Assembly: GCA_946412015.1 (NCBI GenBank)
Contig: CAMKGA010000006.1
Span: forward strand, 127 to 64,126
Source: an uncultured Bacillales bacterium
GTDB lineage: Bacteria > Bacillota_I > Bacilli_A > RF39 > UBA660
Direction of reading: 5' to 3'
DNA length: 64,000 bases
Shown here: in pieces, positions 1 through 9,800 of the stretch
How positions within the stretch are numbered: position 1 is the first letter of the stretch
How the letters are laid out: each line of letters starts with the position of its first letter
The notes under the pieces: model-generated
Told to the model about the DNA's origin: nothing
Databases searched by the model: none
What the model saw: only the letters and a program-made list of their open reading frames with translations
Translations under genes and position numbers: made by a program

Positions 1-6
1 TCGGAT

Positions 7-83
7 GTCTCAGTAGCTCAGCTGGATAGAGCATCGCCCTTCTAAGGCGAGTGTCAGGGGTTCGAATCCCTTCTGGGACACCA
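7..83 (+). tRNA. tRNA-Arg(UCU)
   Basis: Cloverleaf: acceptor GTCTCAG/CTGGGAC, D-arm TAGCTCAGCTGGATAGAGC, anticodon arm TCGCC-CTTCTAA-GGCGA, T-loop GGTTCGAATCC, encoded CCA. Confidence 0.97.
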
Positions 84-122
84 TTTTAAATATTAAGCCT
101 ATATAGGCTTTTTATTTTATAT

Positions 123-196
123 GCCCTTTTAGTTAAGTGGTATAACAAAGCCATGGTAAGGCTTAGTCATAAGTTCGATTCTTATAAAGGGCACCA
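123..196 (+). tRNA. tRNA-Thr(GGU)
   Basis: Acceptor GCCCTTT/AAAGGGC, anticodon arm AAGCC-ATGGTAA-GGCTT, T-loop GTTCGATTC, encoded CCA. Confidence 0.96.
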
Positions 197-241
197 GATT
201 AATAGGAAACTCGAACTTTTCGGGTATAATAAAAAAGCGGC

Positions 242-270
242 TTGCAAAAAAGTCGTTTTTATGTTATTAT
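242..270 (+). promoter_or_regulatory. sigma-A promoter for putative antitoxin RNA
   Basis: TTGCAA-17 nt-TATTAT with extended -10 TG. Confidence 0.7.
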
Positions 271-276
271 GAATAT

Positions 277-392
277 GTCAGAGAAATTTGCATACAATAA
301 AAAAGGAAATATACAGCTTTGGCGAGTTGAATGTCTACCTAAATAAATTTAAGCGAGACACTTATTCAAATGCGAATGAGTGTCATTTTTTT
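277..392 (+). ncRNA. putative type I antitoxin antisense RNA (~115 nt)
   Basis: Lies between the promoter at 242-270 and an intrinsic terminator (357-384 plus T7); antisense to the 3' end of the peptide gene; 5' end is estimated. Confidence 0.6.
357..392 (+). terminator. Rho-independent terminator
   Basis: GACACTTATTC-AAATGC-GAATGAGTGTC stem (one U-G pair) followed by ATTTTTTT. Confidence 0.8.
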
Positions 393-475
393 ATTACAAT
401 AATCATTATGATTAGGAGTAACAAAATGATAGAAAGATATCTAAGAACTCTTATAACAAAAATTCTCTTCTTCAT
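383..475 (-). CDS. 30-aa hydrophobic peptide, putative type I toxin (MKKRIFVIRVLRYLSIILLLLIIMIIVIKK)
   Basis: Hand-translated; GGAGG RBS upstream, own TTGTAT-17-TATAAT promoter (569-541), single TM helix with basic ends. Confidence 0.75.
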   Translation of the reverse strand: MKKRIFVIRVLRYLSIILLLLIIMIIVIKK

Positions 476-540
476 TTTTATCAAACCTCCTCTCTTTATG
501 AGATTTGGTAGACACTCAACAACTGATATTTCCTATGAAA

Positions 541-569
541 ATTATACTAAATATTTTAATATAATACAA
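541..569 (-). promoter_or_regulatory. sigma-A promoter of the peptide gene
   Basis: TTGTAT-17 nt-TATAAT on the minus strand. Confidence 0.7.
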
Positions 570-727
570 TGAGTTTGACTAAATTTTGACTATTTAGAAA
601 CACACTTGCAAATTGACATAATCAATTTGTAATTTTTAAATAAATAATATTTTATTTTTTTAAATTTTATGTTAAGATAGTTTTGTAATAAAATTAAACC
701 ATTCAGTTATTTGGACTGGGCCCTAGG

Positions 728-760
728 GATAGGTATGATCTAATCATATCTATCTTTTTG
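728..760 (+). terminator. terminator/attenuator-like hairpin just upstream of the exonuclease RBS
   Basis: GATAGGTATGA...TCATATCTATC followed by TTTTTG. Confidence 0.55.
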
Positions 761-779
761 TTTAAAGGAGGAATTATTT

Positions 780-1613
780 ATGAATAAAATTATTTTGATA
801 GATGGACATAATTTATTATTTAGAATGTTTTATGGAATACCATCACCTATAAAAAATACTAAAGGAAAAGAAATTAGAGGGTTAATTGGATTTATTGGTA
901 GTTTGAAAAAAATAGTTGATGAATTTCGACCATATTTATTAATTGTGGTTTTTGATAGTCAAACCAGTAAAGATAGTAACTTAAAAATTGATATAAATTA
1001 TAAACGAAATAGAGTCGATTATACAAATATATCAGAAGATGATAATCCCTTTTCGCAACTTCCCTTAATAAAGAAAGCTTTAGAATATTTAAACATTTAT
1101 TATTTAGAAGTTGAAAATTATGAAGCCGATGATTACATAGCTTCTATAATAAACAATAATAGAGAAAATCAATATATAATAGTATCAACAGATTCTGATT
1201 TTATACAATTAGTAGATAATAATATATTTCTATATGTTCCTAGAGGTAAAAAAAGCGTATTATATACTCCAGAAGAAGTTGTAAAAAAATATAATATACC
1301 ACCCACAAAATATGTAATATTTAAATCATTAGTTGGCGATAAAAGTGATAATATTAAAGGAGTAAAAGGAATAGGAAATATTATTGCTGCAAAGATACTA
1401 AATTATAGTTCAATACAAAATTATATATTTAATAATCCTGATTCTAGATTTGTAAAACTTCTTATTGATAATGAAGAGATAATTTTAAAAAATCAAAAAT
1501 TAATATGTATGAGTAATAATATAGATACTTCTAAAATTACTTTTAAAAAATTATCTAACAATATTTCTACTTTTAAAACCTATGAAATAATTGAAAAAAT
1601 TGGAGAAAGATAA
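780..1613 (+). CDS. stand-alone 5'-3' exonuclease / flap endonuclease (PolA N-terminal-like)
   Basis: IDGHNLLFRMFY, EADDYIAS, STDSDFIQL, GDKSDNIKGVKGIG motifs; AAGGAGG RBS. Confidence 0.9.
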   Translation: MNKIILIDGHNLLFRMFYGIPSPIKNTKGKEIRGLIGFIGSLKKIVDEFRPYLLIVVFDSQTSKDSNLKIDINYKRNRVDYTNISEDDNPFSQLPLIKKALEYLNIYYLEVENYEADDYIASIINNNRENQYIIVSTDSDFIQLVDNNIFLYVPRGKKSVLYTPEEVVKKYNIPPTKYVIFKSLVGDKSDNIKGVKGIGNIIAAKILNYSSIQNYIFNNPDSRFVKLLIDNEEIILKNQKLICMSNNIDTSKITFKKLSNNISTFKTYEIIEKIGER

Positions 1614-1667
1614 AAGTTGTCGTACTTCTTCCTTTAGGGCACCATAGGAAAATCCGCTCAAACTTTT
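1614..1667 (+). mobile_element. att-like junction duplicating the tRNA-Thr 3' end
   Basis: AGGGCACCA (1636-1644) identical to tRNA-Thr 188-196; CTCAAACTTTT (1657-1667) matches CTCGAACTTTT (210-220) at nearly the same spacing. Confidence 0.55.
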
Positions 1668-1703
1668 TATAGTTTCGAGAATAAATAGACAATCAATTCT
1701 AAA

Positions 1704-3179
1704 TTAGGATTGATTTTTTTCTAAACAAGAAACTTTTTCATCAGTTATAAAAGTTTTTCTTCCTGTATAGAATTTTTTATATGAAGATTTATCTTTTACA
1801 GAAATCCATCTTTTTTTAAATATTTCTTTTTCTTCTTCATTATCAAATAATAAGTTAAGTAATAAATTTAACTTTTCTTCTTCTGAAACATTATCATTTA
1901 AAAATTCAGTAAAATATTGTTGCTTTGTTTTAGAATTATTAGCTAATTCTAAACTTGTTTGAAACAACTTACTAATTAATAGGATATTTTGCATAATTAT
2001 TTCAAAATCTAATGAACTATTAAATAATCTAAATTCTATTCTTCCTTTGTCATTTTTATGCCAAGTCATATGATTAAAATTCACACTTGTATATCTAATA
2101 CTCGTATCATCGTCTGATTTCTCTTCCAAGTATTTTTTGAATATAACATATTTTTCTTCTTCTGTGTTAGCATGCATCAATTCAAATTCTAAATCTCCAT
2201 GTGAAAAACCAAATAAATCATTTAATCTTTCTCTTAATTGAATATTATACATAAATCTAGTAAAATCTTCTTCATTATTCAGTACAATTCTATTATTTTC
2301 TTCGAATGTTTTTTGAATATTTGCTTTGATTGGATTAGACATAGTGTTGGCACAAACTCTTATTTCATCATTTTCTTTATTTGAAATTTTAAAAAATAAT
2401 TCTTCACATTCACTCCATATTATTAACAAATATTTAAGCGCATCAATATTTCCATTAAAATAATCAACACCAATATTTATATGTAATCCTGTTCCACCAT
2501 GAATTTGTGCACCTAACACTTTAAATATCATACAAATAGCTTTTATTTGATTTAAATTGTCTAATGTGTTTGTCATAATAGGTGAAGATGCCTCTGGTAG
2601 ATCATCATCAGTCTCTTTGGAGAAAATCCATTTACTAAATTCATTTTCTTTTTCAAAATCAGAATTATTTGTTATTTTGCTAATTAAATAAATTGGAATC
2701 GATAAAGATTTCATAATAGTAGTTAATGTTTTTGTTTCAAAAATTTTTTGTATTTCTGTAAATGAAACTTTGCAATATTCTAATTCTATGCCAAATTTTA
2801 AATTAGTAGGAATATTTAATGTTTGTAAATTTTCATCAAAAGTATAATTGGAAAATAATTGTTTAAATATTATAATCTTATCTTTTTCTTCTAAGTTATC
2901 TATAGATAATATTATTGAATTTCAATTATAACAATAGTCTCTATATAAATTATCTTTATAATAGAATTTTTTAATCAATTCTATTTTTATATTTAAATCA
3001 TTAATTGTTTTTATTGCAAGTAATTTAAATTTATTCACTAAATCGTAAAGATGTACTTGTTGTAAGTACCAAATAATATAATCTAATTTTTCATAAATTT
3101 CCTCATCAGAATAATTTTCTATGGAATCTATGAATTTACATATATCATCATATTCCATTCTACTTTTATTTTCTCCCAT
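1704..3179 (-). pseudogene. amidoligase-family (COOH-NH2 ligase type 2) gene with one in-frame TGA at 2922-2924
   Basis: ORFs 2922-3179 and 1704-2714 are in the same frame; the 69 codons between them are open and encode the FGIELEY motif; GLHINIG, RYTSVNF and RIEFRLFN motifs lie downstream. Confidence 0.75.
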
Positions 3180-3399
3180 AATAACCCCAAAAAATATGTA
3201 TTATATTATAACACAAATTTTATTTTTACAAAAATAATTTAGTAAAATTATCAAAAGTCATGATATAATGGTTGTAGAATTAAATTGTTTATTTATTTGT
3301 TGTGATGGTTTCGGGCTATCTTAACTATCGCACCATGAAATAATAAAAAATCAATTCTTCAACAGGAATTGATTTTATTTTAAGAAAAAGGATTATAAT

Positions 3400-3946
3400 T
3401 TAATCATGTCCTTTTATTTCAAATTCATCGGTAAACTTATATGTATCTTCAAAATCTCTTAAAGAAATTCCATACATATCATCTACATTTGTTATATTTA
3501 TATATCCACCTTTAGCAATTTCCATATCAGATCCCCATTGATTTAAAATAATATCTTCGTTTATTTGAACGAATATTTGAACACCGCCTTTTAGATGGTA
3601 TAAAGATGGATTTTGTACATCGACCTCATATTTTTTTTCTAAATGTAGAATCATCAATAATCCATTGATTTTTATGATTGTTATTATTTACCATTACTTC
3701 ATTATTCTCATCTACTTTAGTTGCAATCCAGCCAGGTTGATTAGTTTTTTCATCCAACTTTACTTGAGCAACTTTTTCCTTTACTTCATTGCCTTCTTTA
3801 TCGACACTATAAGATATAACAGTTTCTCCTACGTTTCCTTGCCTTGCAATAATTCTTGCAAACTTTTCTGCCTTTCTTGGAATTAGTGTACCATTTTCCA
3901 GCCCTTCTTTAACATAACTTGCAACTTCCACTTTTTTATAGCTCAT
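3400..3946 (-). pseudogene. hypothetical protein (PGDYG-like tandem domain) split by a frameshift in an A8 tract
   Basis: ORFs 3626-3946 and 3400-3657 join as ...STFRKK-YEVD if one A is removed from the A8 run (T8 at 3631-3638 on +). Confidence 0.65.
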
Positions 3947-3956
3947 TATATCATAT

Positions 3957-5357
3957 TTATTTACTTACTCCATTTTTCTTTGTTTGATTTAATAATAAAT
4001 CTTTATTTTTATTAGAAAATAAATAATTATTATCTATAAACATTAAACTTTTTAAAGATAACTCTTTTAAACCAGTATTAAAAAATAAAAAACAATTTCC
4101 TATACTTTTTACATTATCTAATGTTAATCTTTTTATATGTCTACCACTTATTAAAAAAGCATTTCCAATTTTTTCAAGATTATCTGCCTCAAATAAAGAT
4201 ATATCTTCACTACAAGCTAAACAATTATCTCCTATCGTTAATACATTAGCAAGTTGTACTTTTTTTACAAATAAACATTTATGCATAAAATTATTACCTA
4301 TATTTTCTAAAAAAGCATTGTTATATTCAATAATATTATTATTTTTATTAAGTTTAATTATTATTTTTTTATTATTCTTACAAGTAATATTTAAAGTTAA
4401 TATGCCACTTTTTTTATTTCTAGTAGATTCTATTTTTTCTATATCAGTTAATCCATCAATAAAACTATCAGAGATATTTTTATCATACAAAACTATCTTA
4501 TGATGCATTAAATCTACTATAAAATAATCCGCAATAATATATTTTTCCAAATGCAAATATTCTTCCTGTAGTTTACCATTATCAATAACTATATTATTTG
4601 GTCCATAAAAAGTATTATTAATAATATAAAATATTTTATAATATTTCCCATTTTCATCTTTTTGATAACCATCTAATTCAAAGTTCATATTATTAGTTAA
4701 TTCAAGATTATAATGATACATTTTATAAAAGCTATATGTTAATCCTGGAATTATATTATCTAAATTATTACAAAATGTTGCATCAGGATTTTTTACTTTG
4801 TGATTATATCTATTTTTTATTGAAACACCATTATAATCCCCTTTAGTAAACTGAATACTAATAACAGATACTCCATAATCATCTTGTCTAAATGGATATT
4901 TATAATCCTCTCTTTTTATATCATTAACATCCTTCTTAACAGCAAAAAAAACATGACAATCTTTTAATCTATCCTCTTTAAAAGTACATAACTCCTCACC
5001 TTTTTTATAATACTTTTTAAAAAAATTTATTTCTCTTTCGCATCTACATTCGTATAAAATATATCCTGCTTCATCCATTAATTCGAAAGGCGTCTTATCT
5101 GTTTTTAACAATTCTTTTTTTTCATTAAATAAACTATAAATATATTTTTCAAAATCATATATTTTATCATTTTTTACAAGATCAGCATAAAGAGCTTTAG
5201 ATGGATAGAAATTATCTTCCAACAATTTTGGCAACCTATTAGGATATTCTAATATTGTTGAAAATATTTTCTTACATAAATGCATCATTTCTTCACCATA
5301 TTTATTTTTTATTTTTTTTAAATCATTATCCATAATATCACAATATAATTTTATCAT
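3957..5357 (-). CDS. hypothetical protein with C-terminal BspA-like leucine-rich repeats
   Basis: Repeated LxxIGNxFL / L.L.NVxxIG units at the C-terminus; probable start near 5333. Confidence 0.6.
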   Translation of the reverse strand: MIKLYCDIMDNDLKKIKNKYGEEMMHLCKKIFSTILEYPNRLPKLLEDNFYPSKALYADLVKNDKIYDFEKYIYSLFNEKKELLKTDKTPFELMDEAGYILYECRCEREINFFKKYYKKGEELCTFKEDRLKDCHVFFAVKKDVNDIKREDYKYPFRQDDYGVSVISIQFTKGDYNGVSIKNRYNHKVKNPDATFCNNLDNIIPGLTYSFYKMYHYNLELTNNMNFELDGYQKDENGKYYKIFYIINNTFYGPNNIVIDNGKLQEEYLHLEKYIIADYFIVDLMHHKIVLYDKNISDSFIDGLTDIEKIESTRNKKSGILTLNITCKNNKKIIIKLNKNNNIIEYNNAFLENIGNNFMHKCLFVKKVQLANVLTIGDNCLACSEDISLFEADNLEKIGNAFLISGRHIKRLTLDNVKSIGNCFLFFNTGLKELSLKSLMFIDNNYLFSNKNKDLLLNQTKKNGVSK

Positions 5358-5394
5358 ATTTTTTTATTTATGTTAATAAAAATAAAAAAGAGCA

Positions 5395-5583
5395 CTAAAA
5401 TGTACTCTTATTTACTATATATTTTTTTCCAAGTTCAACTAGTCTTTTAGTCATTTCGCCACCTACAGTACCATTAAGTCTACTTGCTGTATCTGCACCA
5501 AGTTTTATACCTAATTCTGAAGCTATTTCATATTTCATTTTATCAATAGCTTGTTTTGAACCATTTACAACTAACTTATTCAT
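5395..5583 (-). CDS. alpha/beta-type small acid-soluble spore protein
   Basis: [11 protein letters not shown]...NGTVGGEMTKRLV signature. Confidence 0.93.
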   Translation of the reverse strand: MNKLVVNGSKQAIDKMKYEIASELGIKLGADTASRLNGTVGGEMTKRLVELGKKYIVNKSTF

Positions 5584-5637
5584 AAATCCTCCATTCTTAT
5601 TTTATAAAAAAAGATAGCTTAGCTATCCATTTTATTA

Positions 5638-5844
5638 CTATTTTGATTGGTAGTTTGATCCACCTAAATGTTGTTCAGCAATGCTTACTAATCTCTTAGT
5701 AATTTCACCACCTACAGAACCGTTAGCTCTACTTGTAGCATCAGCACCTAAGTTAACACCTAATTCTGAAGCTATTTCATATTTCATTTTTTCGATAGCT
5801 TGTTTAGCACCAGGTACTACGAATTGATTTTTCTTATTATTCAT
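5638..5844 (-). CDS. alpha/beta-type small acid-soluble spore protein
   Basis: [12 protein letters not shown]...[14 protein letters not shown]; start moved to the ATG behind GGAGG. Confidence 0.95.
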   Translation of the reverse strand: MNNKKNQFVVPGAKQAIEKMKYEIASELGVNLGADATSRANGSVGGEITKRLVSIAEQHLGGSNYQSK

Positions 5845-5917
5845 GGTATTCACCTCCTGTACACTAATATCTTGTGTACAAAAGAGTTTTTAATACATTT
5901 TTTTTATTGGTAATTTT

Positions 5918-7087
5918 TTACAATATATCTTCGTATTTTTTTTCCAAGTTAGTAATAACTTCTATATTGTTAATTGCATCATCTATTAGACTATCATAAT
6001 CAAAATTAGCTTCATATAATTCACATTTTTCAATTGTTGGATTAATAACTGGATGTTTTGGTACAAAAACTGTACAACAATCTTCATATGGTAATATACT
6101 AGTTTCATATGTTCCTATTTTTTTTGCAATATCAATTATTTCTAATTTATCCATACAAGCAACAGGTCTAATTACTGGAATATTACAAACATTATTTATA
6201 ACATTCATACTAGATAATGTCTGAGATGCTACTTGTCCTATACTTTCTCCATTAAAAATTACCTGCATTTTTTTCTTCTTTGCCAATTTTTCTGCAATAC
6301 GATACATCATTCTGCGCATAATAGTAATAATGTATTCTTCTTTAGTATTTTTAAGTATTGTCTCTTGAATTTTTGTAAATGGAACAATATTAACTTTAAT
6401 ACTTCCTGAATACTTATTTATTATATTAGCAAGCTCTATAACTTTATTTTTTGCCATTTCACTTGTATGAGGTGGTGATTCAAAATATAAACATTCTAAA
6501 TCTACTCCTCTTTTTAAAGCTAGATATCCAGCAACAGGAGAATCAATTCCTCCACTTAACATAAGTAATGATTTACCTTGAATTCCAACAGGATATCCAC
6601 CTAAACCTTTTATCTCATTAAAATAGATAAAAGTCCCTTCTTGTCTTATTTCTATTTTTATTAAAATGTCTGGGTTATGAACATCTACTTTAACACTTTT
6701 ATTTTTTAATATTTTAGTTGCAACTATTTTATTAAAATCCATACTGTGAATTTCAAAAGACTTTAACGCTCTTTTAGTATCAATTTTAAAAGTATTAAAA
6801 GATAAATTTTCAATTAACTCTAGAACAGTATCACATATAATATCAGTATTATTATCTACTTTATACGCAACTACTATACTATGTATTCCAAAAATGTTTT
6901 TTAACTTATTTACAACCTCATCTATATAAATTGTCTCTATATATATTCTGGACCTATCTGATTTCATTTTATAATTAATATTGCCTAATATACTTTTTAT
7001 ATTATTAGTAAGCCTTTTTATAAAAACATTCCTATTACCTTTTTTAGTTGTTAATTCACCATACTTTATAAATATTAATTTTTCCAT
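5918..7087 (-). CDS. thiI: tRNA 4-thiouridine synthase
   Basis: IKYGELTTKKGNR, THUMP domain, SGGIDSPV, GQVASQT, YEDCC. Confidence 0.96.
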   Translation of the reverse strand: MEKLIFIKYGELTTKKGNRNVFIKRLTNNIKSILGNINYKMKSDRSRIYIETIYIDEVVNKLKNIFGIHSIVVAYKVDNNTDIICDTVLELIENLSFNTFKIDTKRALKSFEIHSMDFNKIVATKILKNKSVKVDVHNPDILIKIEIRQEGTFIYFNEIKGLGGYPVGIQGKSLLMLSGGIDSPVAGYLALKRGVDLECLYFESPPHTSEMAKNKVIELANIINKYSGSIKVNIVPFTKIQETILKNTKEEYIITIMRRMMYRIAEKLAKKKKMQVIFNGESIGQVASQTLSSMNVINNVCNIPVIRPVACMDKLEIIDIAKKIGTYETSILPYEDCCTVFVPKHPVINPTIEKCELYEANFDYDSLIDDAINNIEVITNLEKKYEDIL

Positions 7088-7227
7088 ATAAATCCCTCGC
7101 AACCAATTATAACACGTAAAACTTTTTTACTCAATAACTAATTTTAATTTCAAACAATTAATAATACTTTTATTAAGAAAATATTTAAATAAAAAATAAT
7201 TAATGTATAATATTAAGTGGTGATTTT

Positions 7228-7684
7228 ATGGAAATAAACGGATATAAGTCATTTGATAAATATCATAAAAACAGATATGGTATTTATATGGAAGAAGGAA
7301 AAACATATCATACTGATGGTATTATAGAATTTGGAATTAATGGTAATGATTTTCATTTTTGTAAATACCTTGAAGATACTATTAAGTTTCAAAAACAAGA
7401 TGATGGATTAATAAATCCTGTTATTGCGCAAGTAACTGGCTTTGGAAAAATTGTTGAAGAAAACGATAAAGTATATGATTATTATAATTTATATGCAGCA
7501 GAATATATTACAATAAATAAGTTTTTAAGTCGCAAAGAAATAATTAATTATGCATTAAATTTAGGAGTAATTGGAATGCATAGATTTATTAAATGATGAC
7601 GAAATAAAATTATTTAAAAATGTATATAATATATTTTATAGCAGTGATAATGAAAAAGTTTTTAAATTAATAAAAAAAATTTAA
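7228..7684 (+). pseudogene. phage-like hypothetical protein, frameshifted near 7592
   Basis: GYKSFD..GKTY..FHFC N-terminus; after the TGA at 7594 a shifted frame continues NDDEIKLFK...KVFKLIKKI to TAA 7682-7684. Confidence 0.5.
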
Positions 7685-7759
7685 AAAAAGTATTTTTAAA
7701 AGTAAAAACTCCATAATAATAATGTATATTCTAATATAGAATATCTAGAAAGGAGTTTT

Positions 7760-8332
7760 ATGAAAAAATTTATAATACTATCAATAACATTTATTTTCAC
7801 TATTCTATTTGTAACTGGATGTAATTATAATAAAGTAAATGATACAAATATAGATGATACAAATATAAATAATACAGATATAGATGAAGATAATAATTAT
7901 GAAATGTTTAATGGAAGTATTGATAAATCCTGGGATGAGGTTAAAGATGATTATGAGGCTATCGAACTAGAAGCAAAAAGAGAAGTTGGAAAAATGAATG
8001 ATATTACCTTAGATGATATTAAATCTTTAGAAAATACAATTGAACAGAAATATCAAAATATTAAAAACGGAATAAATGATGAGACGGAAGATGATGCTAA
8101 AGAATTATATAAAGCTGCAATTAAGATAGAAGAAATATCAAAAAGAAATAATAAAAATGTAAATCATGAATTAATAACTTTAAGTCAAGATTCTAAATCT
8201 TTAATTAAACATTATTATGGAGAAGCAAATGATGATTTTACAAATGTAAAAAACTCATTTGAATCAGGAATAGAAAATATAAAGAACTATACAGAAGATA
8301 AATGGCAAGAATTTTTAGATATAATAAAATAA
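7760..8332 (+). CDS. acidic lipoprotein, possibly sporulation-associated
   Basis: Signal peptide with VTGC lipobox; SigG-like promoter at 7690-7718. Confidence 0.7.
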   Translation: MKKFIILSITFIFTILFVTGCNYNKVNDTNIDDTNINNTDIDEDNNYEMFNGSIDKSWDEVKDDYEAIELEAKREVGKMNDITLDDIKSLENTIEQKYQNIKNGINDETEDDAKELYKAAIKIEEISKRNNKNVNHELITLSQDSKSLIKHYYGEANDDFTNVKNSFESGIENIKNYTEDKWQEFLDIIK

Positions 8333-8412
8333 TAGACACTAGTCTATTTTTTAATTTGACAAAATTATAATTTAATGTATAATAGCACTTACATTTAGGG
8401 GGAAGAAATTAT

Positions 8413-9165
8413 ATGATATTATTTGATATTGATTATGGATTTGATGATGATACAAAATATAAAAACAAAATAGAAAATTTAAAAGTAAATGGAGAAAAAT
8501 TTAATAAAAATAAAAACAAAAACTTTAAAGTATTAAAGTACGGATTAGAAACTATTTTACTTGGTGCTACAATAGGTGCTGCAATATCAAGTTTTAATTT
8601 TTTACGTGGTATAGGATTTAAACCTATTGCGTACAGTACTGATACATATAAAACTACAAAAGTTATAGAAACTAATTATACAAAAGATGGCACTAGTAAA
8701 GATGAATATTATAAAAGAGATGTTAAAGATAGTGAAATATTAAGTATAAAGACTCCATATGAAATCGTAGATAATAGTTTTAAAAGACAGGTATTTGAAT
8801 TTAATACTACAAATTTAAGTAATTTAGAAAAAGAGTTTATAAAAGCTAATATTAAAAATCAAAGTGAATTATTAAACCAAGATTTTATTAATACATATAT
8901 TGAAAACACTAAAAAATTAAATACAAAAAACGTTGAATATGCTCCTTATACTAATGAAGATTTTATTTATTCTGATGATAATAATTATGAATTATCATAT
9001 ACATCTTATGTAAATGATAATAATGATATTAAGAATCAAGAAATTGGTGATTATGCAAATTTTGTAAATATAACTAATTCTGCATTTACACTTTTATACT
9101 TATCATTATTTGGAACACCACTTATAAGATCAATCAAAAAAGAAGTAAAACAAAAAAGAAAATAA
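8413..9165 (+). CDS. hypothetical membrane protein
   Basis: Two hydrophobic segments; TTGACA-16-TATAAT promoter at 8356-8383. Confidence 0.6.
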   Translation: MILFDIDYGFDDDTKYKNKIENLKVNGEKFNKNKNKNFKVLKYGLETILLGATIGAAISSFNFLRGIGFKPIAYSTDTYKTTKVIETNYTKDGTSKDEYYKRDVKDSEILSIKTPYEIVDNSFKRQVFEFNTTNLSNLEKEFIKANIKNQSELLNQDFINTYIENTKKLNTKNVEYAPYTNEDFIYSDDNNYELSYTSYVNDNNDIKNQEIGDYANFVNITNSAFTLLYLSLFGTPLIRSIKKEVKQKRK

Positions 9166-9177
9166 TAGACAACTCTA

Positions 9178-9798
9178 TTATTTTTTTAATACCTTTTCAT
9201 ATACATTTTTTTTATTTTTTAAGCCATTTAAATTTACAATATATCTAATAACCTCTCCTACATTACTTACTTCTTTTAAATATTCATCTTCTATTAACTT
9301 TTCTTTATTTTTATCTCTAAAATATAATGTTTTAATTTTATTATTTCTTAAGTTATCACATATATTAGGATTATCATCTATCATGATATCGATATTATTA
9401 TCTATACAAGATTTAACTTTATCTTTAACCATAAATCTAATTTTATTAATATCAATACCATTATTATTAAATAATGTAATAATTGCATCTTTTGTATTTT
9501 TTAAAAGACTACCTCGTGCAGTTATAAATTCATATTCATATCCCTCTAATTCAAAAAATTCAAGCATATTTTTAGCAAGCGGAATAAAGGGAGTTACATT
9601 TATTGTTGCATAAACTAAATAATTATTAATAAAATTATTTTTTTCATCTTTTGACCAATCATATCTATCTAAATAACTAAATTTATTATTTATAGCACCA
9701 CTTTTATTTAATATCAATAAATCATATAATTCAGCATAAGTATTCATAGTTCTTTCAAAATCTAAAATTACTCCATCTATATCTATTCCTATTTTCAT
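9178..9798 (-). CDS. HAD-superfamily 5'(3')-nucleotidase-like protein (NT5C type)
   Basis: IGIDIDGV, ITAR, K, MIDD motifs. Confidence 0.85.
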   Translation of the reverse strand: MKIGIDIDGVILDFERTMNTYAELYDLLILNKSGAINNKFSYLDRYDWSKDEKNNFINNYLVYATINVTPFIPLAKNMLEFFELEGYEYEFITARGSLLKNTKDAIITLFNNNGIDINKIRFMVKDKVKSCIDNNIDIMIDDNPNICDNLRNNKIKTLYFRDKNKEKLIEDEYLKEVSNVGEVIRYIVNLNGLKNKKNVYEKVLKK

Positions 9799-9800
9799 AA

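Noticed and set aside
300-345. Purine-riboswitch-like GTCTACC motif
   Set aside because: The P1-P3 architecture and a downstream purine gene are missing; the sequence is better explained as the toxin mRNA fold-back arm.
288-572. 94-aa plus-strand ORF in the track
   Set aside because: No RBS, crosses a terminator, and is the antisense shadow of the peptide gene, which has better signals.
2922-2924. Genetic code 4 (TGA=Trp) or selenocysteine for the whole genome
   Set aside because: Intact genes use TGG for Trp and several end at TGA; only one in-frame case was seen, with no Sec context.
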